A stretch of 64,000 nucleotides of DNA. Source: Phycisphaerales bacterium (GTDB lineage: Bacteria; Planctomycetota; Phycisphaerae; SM23-33; FEN-1343). The notes below the pieces were generated by a model that was not told where the DNA came from, did no database searches, and was given only the letters and a program-made list of their open reading frames with translations. Location: the NCBI GenBank assembly GCA_003171335.1, contig PMYD01000085.1:6739-70738 (forward strand). The letters are read 5' to 3'. Below are positions 1-8,961 of this stretch, piece after piece (the stretch's first letter is position 1; every line of letters begins with the position of its first letter). Both the position numbers and the translations under genes were made by a program.

Positions 1-998
1 TAGCCCGTGCCGTACACGACGGTCGAGAACTTGCCGTAATAGCGCTGGCGGCTCTCGAAGGATTGGTTCTCCCACAGGTGGCGCGAAGCCACATCCAGCC
101 CGGCGCTACCGCCCAGGTAACGCTCCAGGTCGAAATGCCTGGAGACGGGCGTCATGCCGTGGTCGCTGGTGACGGCGATCACGAGCTTATCGAGGATTCC
201 CGCGCGTTCCATGTCGCCCAGCACGCGGCCGAGCTGGCGGTCCGTGGTTCGCAGCGCCTGGCGGTACTGCGGCGAGCCGGGGCCGTAGCGATACCCTCGG
301 AAGTCGGGCAGCAACTGGTACACCACGATGAACGCCGGGAATTGCCCGCGCTGGCGGCTGAGGTCCATCAGCCCCTTCAGCCGCCACAGCGTCAGCCGGT
401 CGATGTATTCATACCAGCCGAAGAAGAACGGCGGCCCGGCGCTGGCCCAATCCTCCACCCATTTGGTCGCGCCGCGGTGGGCCTGGTAGAAATCCGAATA
501 GGTCGTCTGGCCGACAAGGCGCTCGTAGAGCGTGGGCGCCTGGTAATCGCGGTCCAGGTAGTCTTTCTGCGCAATCGTGCGGTAGTCGCGATAGATCAGT
601 TGATTGCGGTCAAACCAAGTGACCCCGGTGATGTTGTGATGCCCGGGCAGGCGGCCGGTCACGACGCTGACCTCGTTGGCCAGCGTTACCGAGGGTGTCG
701 AGCCGATGGCCCGCGTGACATACAGCCCGCGATCGACAAAGTAGCGTTTGAACGCCGGCAGCTCGTTCGCGTCGAGCAACTCCTGGAAAACGCTGGCATT
801 CACGCCATCGATGAAAAACAGCACCGCCCCCTTCACCGGCGCATTGGGCGGGGGGGTAAAGTCGATTCCGAACGAGTCCGCCGGCCCGTTGACGCTGGGG
901 GCGCAACCGGCCGCCAGCAGGCTCGCCAGGAGCATGCCGGCCAGCTCCCAATGCCCTTTCCATCGCCCCGACAGGCGAGCGGCGATTCGGTTGGTCAT
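1..998 (-). CDS. Alkaline-phosphatase-superfamily phosphodiesterase / nucleotide pyrophosphatase-like lipoprotein (3' end runs off the left edge)
   Basis: Absent from the ORF track because there is no stop in the window. My translation of the minus strand from ATG 998 gives MTNRIAARLSGRWKGHWELAGMLLASLLAAGCAPS (lipobox), then FFIDGVNASVF, STPSVTLANEVSVVTGRLPGHHNITG and VIAVTSDHGMTPV. These are typical type I phosphodiesterase/NPP motifs. Plus-strand ORF 63..1013 is its antisense shadow. Confidence 0.75.
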   Translation of the reverse strand, partial: MTNRIAARLSGRWKGHWELAGMLLASLLAAGCAPSVNGPADSFGIDFTPPPNAPVKGAVLFFIDGVNASVFQELLDANELPAFKRYFVDRGLYVTRAIGSTPSVTLANEVSVVTGRLPGHHNITGVTWFDRNQLIYRDYRTIAQKDYLDRDYQAPTLYERLVGQTTYSDFYQAHRGATKWVEDWASAGPPFFFGWYEYIDRLTLWRLKGLMDLSRQRGQFPAFIVVYQLLPDFRGYRYGPGSPQYRQALRTTDRQLGRVLGDMERAGILDKLVIAVTSDHGMTPVSRHFDLERYLGGSAGLDVASRHLWENQSFESRQRYYGKFSTVVYGTG

Positions 999-1312
999 GG
1001 ATCATCCTGGTAAGAAGGGCTCCGCATCCGGCTGCAACTCAACCAGATTTCGGAGCCCATTTCGTGCATCATGCTCCACCCTCCGCGCGAATGCAAGGCC
1101 GGCGCAGGCGGATCCGAGGGGCACTGGGGGGTGAAGGCGGATGGGCGTTTTCTATCGGTTCATCGGCTAAATCAGGCTACAAAGCGCCCCGACCGGAGAC
1201 TGGACACTGGAGTATCCAGCCGGGGCAGCCGGCCGGGGCGTAAACCTCTTGGGTACATCCCCGACAAACGGCAAGACTGGCTAACTCAGTGGCCCTGCGG
1301 CCGGCGGCCGCG

Positions 1313-1531
1313 CTACCGGACTTTCTTCAAGGCCAGGTAGTGTTCCAGGGCCTCGGCGACCACCTGGAACTGGTGCTGCTGCTTGGCCGCCGCATAGGCC
1401 CGCAGCTTGGCGAGCGTGCTTTCGGGCAGCATCCAGGCGACCAACTGGCCGGTCTCCTGCCGGCTGTCGCCGGTGAAGTCCAGGTCCTCGTCGAAATTCG
1501 CTTTAAAACCCTTGGGGTCTAACGTGCTCAT
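1313..1531 (-). CDS. Small hypothetical protein (72 aa), possibly ribbon-helix-helix-like at the C-terminus
   Basis: Internal Met of ORF 1313..1741: MSTLDPKGFKANFDEDLDFTGDSRQETGQLVAWMLPESTLAKLRAYAAAKQQHQFQVVAEALEHYLALKKVR. Third-codon positions are strongly G/C, like real genes here. The upstream part of the tracked ORF only translates a repeat element. Confidence 0.55.
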   Translation of the reverse strand: MSTLDPKGFKANFDEDLDFTGDSRQETGQLVAWMLPESTLAKLRAYAAAKQQHQFQVVAEALEHYLALKKVR

Positions 1532-1678
1532 GCCTCGCCTTTCTCGCTGGAGGGAACCGCAGTTCTCATCGGCCGGGGGGACAGGAAGATTAAACATCGC
1601 GCGTTTTCGTTGCATCTTGGACCGCACGGGGGTGCGTTTGTTCCGGCTGTGCGGTTTGGGAGGGCTGGCGGGCATAAC

Positions 1679-1830
1679 AAAGAGGACACAAAGACCACAA
1701 AGATCACGAAGTTCACAGAGGAAGACAGAGAAAGTTAACAACGAAAACAGATTCTTAGGCCAAGTTTTTTGCTGTTAATTCTCAGTCTTTCTTCGGTCCT
1801 TCGTGGTCTTTGTGTTCTTGTGTCCTCTTT
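1679..1830. repeat. Large imperfect palindrome with tandem AAAGACCAC/AAAGATCAC-type arms (same family as 51562..51738)
   Basis: The left arm aaagaggacacaaagaccacaaagatcacgaag faces the right arm cttcgtggtctttgtgttcttgtgtcctcttt across an ~80-bp AT-rich loop. It shares the 25-mer cacaaagaccacaaagatcac(g/a)aag with the 51.6-kb copy. Confidence 0.85.
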
Positions 1831-1843
1831 CAACTTTACGGTC

Positions 1844-3214
1844 TCACTGCACCAAGCCGACGGCCTTGGCGCCGGAGTAGTACTCCCGCGGGTCGGTCAC
1901 GTGCCCCGTCAGGGCCGTGGCGGCGACGGTCAGCGGGCTGGCCAGGAAGACGCCGGCCTCCTTGGAGCCCATGCGGCCGGGGAAGTTGCGGTTGGTCGTG
2001 GAGATCACGTTGATGGCCGCGTTGGCGCGGCCGAACGTGTCGGCCGGCCCGCCCAGGCAGGCGGCGCAACTGGCCGGGCCGATCTTGCAGCCGGCGGCCT
2101 GGAAGATCTGCCGCAGCGACTGGCCTTCCACCTTCACCGCATCCAGCGCCATATCCACCGAGGTGGTGGCCGGTACGATATACGTGTCGATCTTCACCGT
2201 GCGGCCCTTGAGCACGCAGGCGGCGGCGATAAAGTCGGTCACCTTGCCGCCGGTGCACGAGCCGATGTACGAACGGTCGATCTTCACCTGTTTGAGCGAC
2301 CGGGCCGTGGCGGCCTTGTCCGGCGAGTGCGGCTGCGCCACGGTGGGCTCCAGCTTGCTCACGTCGATCGTGGTGCGGCTGAAGTAGCTCGCATCCGCAT
2401 CGTTGAAGACCGGCTCGAACGATTTCTTCGTGCGGCCGCGGACGTACGCCAGCGCCAGCGCATCGGGCGCAATGATGCCGTTCTTGCCGCCGGCCTCGAT
2501 GGCCATGTTCGTGAGCGTCATCCGCTCATCGATGTTCAGGGACATCAACGCCTCGCCGGCAAACTCCATCGCGCGATACGTGGCCCCATCCGTGCCGATC
2601 AGGCCGATCGTGTGCAGGATGAGGTCCTTGCCCATGATGTACGGCGGCACCGGGCCCACAAAGTCGAAGCGCATCGTCGCGGGCACCTTGAGCCAGAGCT
2701 TGCCCGTGCCCATCACGAACGCGGCATCGCTGTTGCCTACGCCGGTGGCGAACTCGCCGAAGGCCCCGGCGGTGCAGGTGTGGCTGTCGGTGCCGATGAG
2801 CACCTCGCCCGGCCGGTCGTGCCCGTTTTCCGCCAGCGCCACGTGGCAGACGCCCTTGAAGGCCGTCTGGGCCGCCGACAGGTACGGCTTGGGTACGCCC
2901 TCGCCCTTTACGAAGTCGGCATCGTAGAAGTAGCGGATCTGGTGCCGCTTGGCGAAATCGCGCAGGATCTCCAGGTTTCGGTGGCTCTTCGTGTCGGCGG
3001 TGAAGATGTAGTGGTCGGGAACGATCACCACCTTGTCCGGATCGAACACCTTGGCGTTCTTGCCGAACTCTTCCTCGAAAATGCCGATCGTAGCCGGTCC
3101 GCAGATATCGTGCGTCATCAGCACGTCGACATTTACCCACACGTTATCGCCCGCCACGACGCTCTTGGCGCCGCTGTGCCGGGCGAGAACCTTTTCCGTC
3201 ATCGTCATAGCCAT
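1844..3214 (-). CDS. Aconitase-family dehydratase large subunit (3-isopropylmalate / homoaconitate dehydratase, LeuC/HacA type)
   Basis: 456 aa: MTEKVLARHSG...VDVLMTHDICGP...GTDSHTCTAGAFGEFATGVG...SYIGSCTGGK...NRNFPGRMG. The Fe-S cluster Cys motifs of aconitase-family large subunits are present. No small-subunit gene is adjacent. Confidence 0.85.
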   Translation of the reverse strand: MAMTMTEKVLARHSGAKSVVAGDNVWVNVDVLMTHDICGPATIGIFEEEFGKNAKVFDPDKVVIVPDHYIFTADTKSHRNLEILRDFAKRHQIRYFYDADFVKGEGVPKPYLSAAQTAFKGVCHVALAENGHDRPGEVLIGTDSHTCTAGAFGEFATGVGNSDAAFVMGTGKLWLKVPATMRFDFVGPVPPYIMGKDLILHTIGLIGTDGATYRAMEFAGEALMSLNIDERMTLTNMAIEAGGKNGIIAPDALALAYVRGRTKKSFEPVFNDADASYFSRTTIDVSKLEPTVAQPHSPDKAATARSLKQVKIDRSYIGSCTGGKVTDFIAAACVLKGRTVKIDTYIVPATTSVDMALDAVKVEGQSLRQIFQAAGCKIGPASCAACLGGPADTFGRANAAINVISTTNRNFPGRMGSKEAGVFLASPLTVAATALTGHVTDPREYYSGAKAVGLVQ

Positions 3215-3249
3215 GATCTAGCTCCGAACTGAACCATCATGCTGCTGGA

Positions 3250-3400
3250 GATTGCAAATTGCCAATTGCAAATTGCCAATTGAAGAACTTCGAAACCTGC
3301 ATCTTGCATCGCGTCGGTGGTCATCTTCAATTTGCAATTTGCCCTTCGACAGGCTCAGGGTGCTGAGCGAAGTCGAAGCACAATTCTGCAATTTGCAATT
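3250..3400. repeat. Heptamer-repeat (CAAATTG/CAATTTG) hairpin plus nested GC hairpin
   Basis: gattgcaaattgccaattgcaaattgccaattgaaga (3250-3287) pairs with tcttcaatttgcaatttgc (3324-3342). It is followed by cttcgac-aggctcagggtgctgagcgaa-gtcgaag (3344-3378) and another caatttgcaatt tract. Confidence 0.8.
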
Positions 3401-3403
3401 CCC

Positions 3404-4180
3404 CTACCTCTTTCTCCTGGTCCGCTCCGCGCGCCGCTTGCGGGCCACTTGCGAACCGGCGACCGGCATGCCCATGAGCGTGCCTTCGGCCGTGGGCCGC
3501 GCGTGGCCGCCGACGGCCTGGAGGGCGGCGCGGCGATGCTGGTCGGCCAGGGCCTGCTTGATGATGCCCACGGCCTCGTTCAGGTCGTCCGTGATGGTGC
3601 ACAACTCCTCATCGCCCGGGCTGATGTAGTTGTGCTCCTCCAGCATGCAGCGGCGGACCCACTTGTACAGGTCGTGCCAGAAGCTCGACCCGATCAGCAC
3701 CACGGGGAACCGCTCCACCTTGGCCGTCTGGATGAGCGTCATCGACTCGAAGAACTCATCCATCGTCCCGTAGCCGCCGGGGAAGCATACGAACCCGCAG
3801 GCGTACTTGAGGAACATCACCTTGCGGGCGAAGAAATAATGAAAATCCAGGCTGATGTTGGCGTACGGGTTGGGAATCTGCTCGAAGGGCAGCGTGATAT
3901 TCAGGCCGATGGATTGGCCGCCGGCATCGGCGGCGCCGCGGTTGGCCGCCTCCATGATGCCCGGCCCGCCGCCGGTGATCACGGCGAAGCCTTCCTTGGC
4001 CAGCAGGTTCGACAGCCGCCGCGCCTGGCGGTACAGCGGGTCGCCCACCGGCACCCGCGCGGAGCCGAAAATGCTCACCGCCGGCCCGACCTGGCTCATC
4101 ACTTCAAAACCCTCGACGAACTCCGCCATGATGCGGAACACGCGCCACGGGTCCTCGCGAACGAAAGAGGTCTCGCTCAT
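3404..4180 (-). CDS. LOG family protein (TIGR00730-type cytokinin riboside 5'-monophosphate phosphoribohydrolase / lysine-decarboxylase-like)
   Basis: Motifs GGGPGIMEAANRGA and PGGYGTMDEFFE. I chose the start at ATG 4180 because AGGAG lies 5 nt upstream; the ORF track extends to 4216. Confidence 0.85.
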   Translation of the reverse strand: MSETSFVREDPWRVFRIMAEFVEGFEVMSQVGPAVSIFGSARVPVGDPLYRQARRLSNLLAKEGFAVITGGGPGIMEAANRGAADAGGQSIGLNITLPFEQIPNPYANISLDFHYFFARKVMFLKYACGFVCFPGGYGTMDEFFESMTLIQTAKVERFPVVLIGSSFWHDLYKWVRRCMLEEHNYISPGDEELCTITDDLNEAVGIIKQALADQHRRAALQAVGGHARPTAEGTLMGMPVAGSQVARKRRAERTRRKR

Positions 4181-4412
4181 GCCGACTCCTCGAATTGGCA
4201 ATTCTCTGTCTGCCATTGGCGATTCCGATTCGAATCTGAACTCATCGCTTCCGTGCGGCTACTCCGGGTCCGGCCGTTCCATCGCAAGCACAAATCCAAA
4301 ATCGCCGCTCATCCTTAGTTTGACTTTCCGCGGCCGGTACGACTTAATTGCTGTGGTAAACCCTTAATGCTAGCGAAAACGGCTGGCGGTGCAAAGTCCT
4401 CTGGAGCAAACG

Positions 4413-5132
4413 ATGGCGCGAATCTGGGCGGTGAGTTGTTTGGCGATTCTCCTGGCCGGCTGCGCGGGCCGCTACCGGCTGACCGTGCCGGATGCGGTGA
4501 GCGTGCCCGCCAAGCCGGCGGCGGTGGTTGTGCGGCTGGAGCGGCAGGAATTCGGGCCCGTGTACCTGCCCGTCGAGGATGCGGTGCTGCGCATGTGGGT
4601 GGATGATGAGCCGCTGCGGGCCGCCTATACCCGCCGCGACGGCTACGCCTCCGCCGCCGTGCCCTGCCCGGCCGAGCCCGGCCGCCACCAGCTCACCATC
4701 GCCCACCAGGACCGCCAGGGCGGACAAGTGGGCAAGAAGGCCTTCGCCTATGTCGTGCGGCCGGAGGCGCGCACCCTCGTGGTGGATTGGGAGGCGATCG
4801 AAAAGACCCGCCAGGCCCACCGGGCCGCGCCGGCGCTAAAGCGCCTGGCCGCCGCGGGCGTGCAGATTGTCTATGCCGCCGAGGGCTTTGAAGAGCCCAT
4901 CGCCGCCCACGCCTTTCTCGCCGCCAACGACCTGCCCGATGGTCCGCTGGTCTACTGGCAAGGCGGCCGGCAAGTCGTCGGCACGCTGGTAACGCTGCGG
5001 GCCTTGCTGACCGGCCCGGTCACCGCCGCGGGAGACGACGCCGACTTCCTCCGCGCGGCCGAGTCGCTGTCAATCGAGCCCGAGGGTTGGGACAGCGTGG
5101 TCAAGCGGCCGGAAGGTGGCACAGGCTTTTAG
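4413..5132 (+). CDS. Hypothetical lipoprotein
   Basis: MARIWAVSCLAILLAGCAGRY (signal peptide plus lipobox) with GGAG 6 nt upstream of ATG 4413. I recognise no domain. Confidence 0.6.
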   Translation: MARIWAVSCLAILLAGCAGRYRLTVPDAVSVPAKPAAVVVRLERQEFGPVYLPVEDAVLRMWVDDEPLRAAYTRRDGYASAAVPCPAEPGRHQLTIAHQDRQGGQVGKKAFAYVVRPEARTLVVDWEAIEKTRQAHRAAPALKRLAAAGVQIVYAAEGFEEPIAAHAFLAANDLPDGPLVYWQGGRQVVGTLVTLRALLTGPVTAAGDDADFLRAAESLSIEPEGWDSVVKRPEGGTGF

Positions 5133-5308
5133 CCTGTGTCTTTCCAGCCTGGTGCCACGGCTGCGTTTTTTGCAGCCGTGCGCCGTGCGTATCGGACAGA
5201 TAGGAAGTACGCTGGAAGCCACGGGACCTTGAACCTGGCTGGTGGATTGGAGCGCACGGCTGCAAAAAGCGCAGCCGTGGCACCAAGATGGGAAAAGCCT
5301 GTGCCACC
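5115..5308. repeat. Nested palindrome of the GGTGCCRYGGCTGC...GCAGCCRYG family
   Basis: The outer pair is ggtggcacaggctttt (5115-5130) with gaaaagcctgtgccacc (5292-5308). The inner pair is ctggtgccacggctgcgttttttgcagccgtgcgc (5149-5183) with gcgcacggctgcaaaaagcgcagccgtggcaccaag (5252-5287), and each inner arm is itself a hairpin. A related pair occurs at 49168..49323. Confidence 0.85.
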
Positions 5309-5323
5309 ATCCCTCCGGCTCGT

Positions 5324-5356
5324 CAATTTGCAATTTGCAATTTGCAATTTGCAATC
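5324..5356. repeat. Tandem heptamer tract (CAATTTG x4)
   Basis: caatttgcaatttgcaatttgcaatttgcaatc, directly upstream of the pyrK-like gene. Confidence 0.9.
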
Positions 5357-5373
5357 TTTAGTATGTAGTTCCA

Positions 5374-6342
5374 ATGGTCAAATCCGAGCCCCAACCGTCC
5401 CGCGGCGTCTTCGCCGCCCGCGTCCGTTCCAACCGCCGGCTGTGCGATGAGCACTACCTGCTGCGCCTGGAGGTGGGGACGGATTTCCCGCTCACGCAGG
5501 CGGGCCAGTTCGTGCAGGTGCAGTGCGCGCCGGTGAACGGCGCGGAAGGACCCATCGTGCACGAGTGGGGCGAAAAGGGCCCGCCGCCGCAGTTCCAGAG
5601 CCCCGAGCTGGTCGAAAGCCAGGTGCTGCTCCGCCGGCCGTTCAGCCTGGCCGGCCGCGAGGAGATCGGCGGCCGCACCGTGCTGGATATCATCCACCGC
5701 GTCGTCGGCCGCGGCTCCGCGCGCCTGGCGGCCCTGGCGGAGGGCCAGACGGTCAGCCTGTTGGGGCCGCTGGGCAACGCCTTCACCTGGGATGCGGACA
5801 CGAAACTCGCCGTCCTGGTCGGCGGCGGCGTGGGGTTGCCGCCCATGCTGTACCTCGCCGAGCGGCTGCACCAGGCGGGTAAGCCCGCCCTGGCATATGC
5901 GGGCGTGACCTCGGCCAATCTCCTGCCTTTAAGCCTGGATGCCGCCGTCCCAGCCTCCAAGGCCGGCTGGCCCAGCCTGTGCGTCCGCGAGTTTGCCCGC
6001 TGGGGCGTCCAAACCACCATCAGCACGGATGATGGCTCGCTGGGTTACACCGGCCGCATCAGCCAGGCGCTCTTCGACTGGATCGACCAGGGCCGCATCG
6101 TGGCCGCCGGCACGATCGTCTACACCTGCGGACCCGAGCGCATGATGCGCGCGGTGGCCGAAGGCTGCCTCGCCCGCGGCTTCGCCTGCCAGGTCGCCAT
6201 GGAACGCAAGATGGCCTGCGGCATGGGCGCCTGCCAGTCCTGCGTCTGCAAGACGCGGGCCCAAAACCCGCTGGGCTGGCAGTATTCGCTGGTCTGCACG
6301 GATGGGACGGTGTTTGATGCCCGGCAGATCCTCTGGGAATAG
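5374..6342 (+). CDS. pyrK: Dihydroorotate dehydrogenase electron-transfer subunit-like FAD/NAD(P)-binding 2Fe-2S oxidoreductase
   Basis: Motifs RRPFSLAG, GPLGNAF, VLVGGGVGLPPM, VYTCGPERMM and the C-terminal cluster motif CGMGACQSCVC. No pyrD is adjacent, so the assignment is to the family only. Confidence 0.7.
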   Translation: MVKSEPQPSRGVFAARVRSNRRLCDEHYLLRLEVGTDFPLTQAGQFVQVQCAPVNGAEGPIVHEWGEKGPPPQFQSPELVESQVLLRRPFSLAGREEIGGRTVLDIIHRVVGRGSARLAALAEGQTVSLLGPLGNAFTWDADTKLAVLVGGGVGLPPMLYLAERLHQAGKPALAYAGVTSANLLPLSLDAAVPASKAGWPSLCVREFARWGVQTTISTDDGSLGYTGRISQALFDWIDQGRIVAAGTIVYTCGPERMMRAVAEGCLARGFACQVAMERKMACGMGACQSCVCKTRAQNPLGWQYSLVCTDGTVFDARQILWE

Positions 6343-6344
6343 CC

Positions 6345-6592
6345 GGTAGGGCGAGCAACTTGTTGCTCGCGCAATTCTGGCGGCAAGACCCGGAATTCGC
6401 GGCCGCCTGCGCTCTCGTTCGTGCCAGCCATTGCTCCTGGCCCGTCCGGCTCGATTACTCCGGCCACCGGCTGCCGCCCAGCCATCACCAGCGCCAGAAA
6501 GATCAGCGGCCCGCCCCGCCATCGACGATACCCTGGCTTGCGCTCACTCCAGCCGGCCGAGCTTGCGCGAGCAACAAGTTGCTCGCCCTACC
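6345..6592. mobile_element. REPIN/MITE-like non-autonomous element (248 bp) with perfect 28-bp terminal inverted repeats
   Basis: ggtagggcgagcaacttgttgctcgcgc (6345-6372) is the exact reverse complement of gcgcgagcaacaagttgctcgccctacc (6565-6592). Each terminus is itself a REP-like hairpin (GCGAGCAAC-TTG-GTTGCTCGC). A second, truncated copy lies at 7290..7512. Confidence 0.8.
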
Positions 6593-6597
6593 CACTC

Positions 6598-6745
6598 TCT
6601 GTATTAATGGCGAACGATGGCGTTCACGGCCTGCGCGGCAAGCCCGGCTATCGACGTCATCGTTGAAGACGATGCACCGGCGGATGCCGCGCTGCGTCAC
6701 AGGATACGGCATCTCCGGCACAACCACCCTGGCGATTCGTGGCAT
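6598..6745 (-). pseudogene. N-terminal remnant of a REP-associated tyrosine transposase (RAYT, IS200/Y1 family)
   Basis: MPRIARVVVPEMPYPVTQRGIRRCIVFNDDVDSR resembles the conserved RAYT N-terminus (PR..LPG.PHHVTQRGN.R..VF..D.D). The similarity stops at the MITE terminus, and no HUH or catalytic-Tyr region follows. Confidence 0.55.
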
Positions 6746-7025
6746 AACGGCCCAGAGTAGCACGACAGCGCTAGTTTCACTTTCGATGTTCAAGAACCTT
6801 AGGAAACTCGCACAACGACTCCGAACGGTCCGACGGAGAAATAAGGACTTACGATCGAACTAGCGCTGTCATGGTAGGCCCCCTGCGCCACGTCGTCAAG
6901 AGCGAATTGCCGTATCTGTCCCGACGATTCCCCATTGGGACGCCAAGAACTTGCTTGACGAGGTGCAGCGGCGAGATAAAATCACAAAAGACTGCTGATG
7001 ACTGTCATCAGCGACGAGAGACCAT

Positions 7026-7259
7026 ATGGTGAATTCCGATGAAAGGATACCAATGAAAGAACCAGGACTAGACAATCGGCACCGTGACAAAAATCCGCCC
7101 AAACGTGGCGAGATTCAACAGAAACGTAGCGACACACTGAACAAGAACCTACCAAATCCAATTGAAGGGTTCTCGCCCAATGCAACATTGGGATTTATAC
7201 GAAAAGAAACAGGCGAGACGAGCGAGGAGGCCATTCGGAGGGCGGCAAAGAAGCGTTAA
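7026..7259 (+). CDS. Small basic hypothetical protein (77 aa, or 68 aa from MKEPG) in the lower-GC cargo
   Basis: MVNSDERIPMKEPGLDNRHRDKNPPKRGEIQQKRSDTLNKNLP...EEAIRRAAKKR. A perfect palindrome GCTGATGA-CTG-TCATCAGC (about 6993-7011) lies ~15 nt upstream. Coding status is unproven. Confidence 0.4.
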   Translation: MVNSDERIPMKEPGLDNRHRDKNPPKRGEIQQKRSDTLNKNLPNPIEGFSPNATLGFIRKETGETSEEAIRRAAKKR

Positions 7260-7289
7260 GACAGCGCCGCCCAAGTTGTAGGGACAGCC

Positions 7290-7512
7290 GGTAGGGCGAG
7301 CGACTTTCTGCTCGCGCAATTCTGGCGGCAAGACCCGGAATTCGGCGGCCGCCAGCGCTCTCGATCGTGCCAGCCGTTACTCCTGGCCCGTGCGGCTCGA
7401 TTACGCCGGCCACCGGCTGGGGCCCAGCCATCACCAGCGCCAGAAAGATCGGCGGCCCGCCCCGCCATCGACGATACCCTGGCATGCGCTAACTCTAGCC
7501 GGCCGAGCTTGC
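7290..7512. mobile_element. Second, right-end-truncated copy of the 6345..6592 element (direct orientation)
   Basis: It starts with ggtagggcgagcgactttctgctcgcgc and is collinear with copy 1 (roughly 90% identical by eye) up to ...gccgagcttgc. The right terminal repeat is missing. Confidence 0.75.
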
Positions 7513-7690
7513 TACACACTTTTCCAATCCGTTTCTAATCTGACCCCTTTTCAACCATGACCCTTCCCCCCGGGGATGCGGCGCGATCATGTTGCGTTTG
7601 GGTCGCGGGCGGGGTATCGTCTTGGCGTCAAATCAAACAGCTATTGAAAGGGGCTGCAAATGACGGAAGAACGTATAGAAGAGCCGGAGC

Positions 7691-8929
7691 ATGGGCTTAT
7701 GGGGAGTGCCGGCTATGTTTATTCGTGATACTGTCGTCGCTATCGTCGTTGGGATGGGCCTGCTACTCTTGCTGAGCAGACTGATTGGCCGCATCCAGTT
7801 CTCGTTGCGCACCGCCTTTTGGTGCTCCTTCATCGGCCATATCTTTATCGTCATCGTCGGTGCCATTACGGGCTTTTTGTTTGCTTATCACTTGGCCATC
7901 GGGCTCCTCATTGCCTTGGCCATCGGATGGGCTTTCCAGACAGTATTATTCCAGATTGCCGTTCCCGCGAAATGCGGGACGCTTCAACAGTGGAGAGCTG
8001 CTATTCTTTCTGCCGTCATTATTCTTGGCGATTTCTTTGTGGCTTCGCCGCTCGCTGGCTTGCTCTGTTCATTCAACCAGGCCCAGCAAACCAATGCGGG
8101 CCGGACGGAGTTCGAACAATACAAAACCAAGGCCGATCAGGGTGCCGTCGATGCCCAATACATGCTCGGAGTCTGCTACTACAAAGGCGAAGGCGTGGCG
8201 AAGGGCCAAACGGAAGGGGTGAAGTGGTTTCGCAAAGCCGCCGAGCAGGGCAACGCCGATGCTCAATACATGCTCGGTCGCTGCTATAACGAAGGCACAG
8301 GCGTAAAGCGGAACTACGCAGAAGCTGTGAAGTGGTGGCGCAAAGCTGCCGAGCAAGAGCACGAAAGCGCTCAATTCAATCTCGCGTATTGCTACCGCAA
8401 CGGCACAGGAACGGAGAAGAACTACACGGAAGCGATGAAATGGTTTCGCAAGGCTGCCGATCAGGGTGCCGTCGATGCCCAGTATATGCTCGGAGTCTGC
8501 TACGCCTACGGTGAAAGCGTAGAGCAGAACTACACGGAAAGCGTGAGGTGGTTTCGCAAGGCTGCTGACCAAGGCTATGCCAACGCTCAAGCCGTGCTCG
8601 GGAGCTGCTACCACAGCGGCAAAGGCGTAGAGCAGAACTACGCAGAAGCTGTGAAGTGGTATCGCAAGGCTGCCGAGCAGGGCTACGCCAGTGCTCAAGA
8701 CGACCTCGGAATCTGCTACGCCAATGGCGATGGCGTGGAGAAGGACTATGTAGAAGCGTATGCGTGGTATAGTCTAGCCTCGAAGACCAGCAAAGAAGCG
8801 GCTGAGGCTCGTGGTCAGATAGAGAAACAGATGTCACCTCAGCAAGTTGCGGACGCCCAGAAGCGCACGATGGAATTGGTGAAGAAGATCGAGACGCTGA
8901 CCGGCCAGCGCACGCCGGTCGCGGAGTAA
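7691..8929 (+). CDS. Membrane-anchored Sel1-like repeat (SLR/TPR-family) protein
   Basis: The N-terminal ~130 aa are hydrophobic. Seven or more repeats of the type AEQGNADAQYMLGRCYNEGTGVKRNYAEAVKWWRKAA follow. The start could be 7691 or 7715. Confidence 0.85.
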   Translation: MGLWGVPAMFIRDTVVAIVVGMGLLLLLSRLIGRIQFSLRTAFWCSFIGHIFIVIVGAITGFLFAYHLAIGLLIALAIGWAFQTVLFQIAVPAKCGTLQQWRAAILSAVIILGDFFVASPLAGLLCSFNQAQQTNAGRTEFEQYKTKADQGAVDAQYMLGVCYYKGEGVAKGQTEGVKWFRKAAEQGNADAQYMLGRCYNEGTGVKRNYAEAVKWWRKAAEQEHESAQFNLAYCYRNGTGTEKNYTEAMKWFRKAADQGAVDAQYMLGVCYAYGESVEQNYTESVRWFRKAADQGYANAQAVLGSCYHSGKGVEQNYAEAVKWYRKAAEQGYASAQDDLGICYANGDGVEKDYVEAYAWYSLASKTSKEAAEARGQIEKQMSPQQVADAQKRTMELVKKIETLTGQRTPVAE

Positions 8930-8961
8930 AACAAGAACGGAAAAGGTTTCTCTGTCGGCAT

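Noticed and set aside
3252-5374. Short ORFs such as 3252..3629(+), 5070..5354(-) and 5129..5374(-) beginning MQIANCKL..., plus 51302..52036(+) and the N-terminal extensions of 1313..1741 and 49348..51615 containing FVVFVIFVV.
   Set aside because: They are translations of the heptamer/octamer repeat arms. Peptide periodicity mirrors DNA periodicity, so they are not genes.
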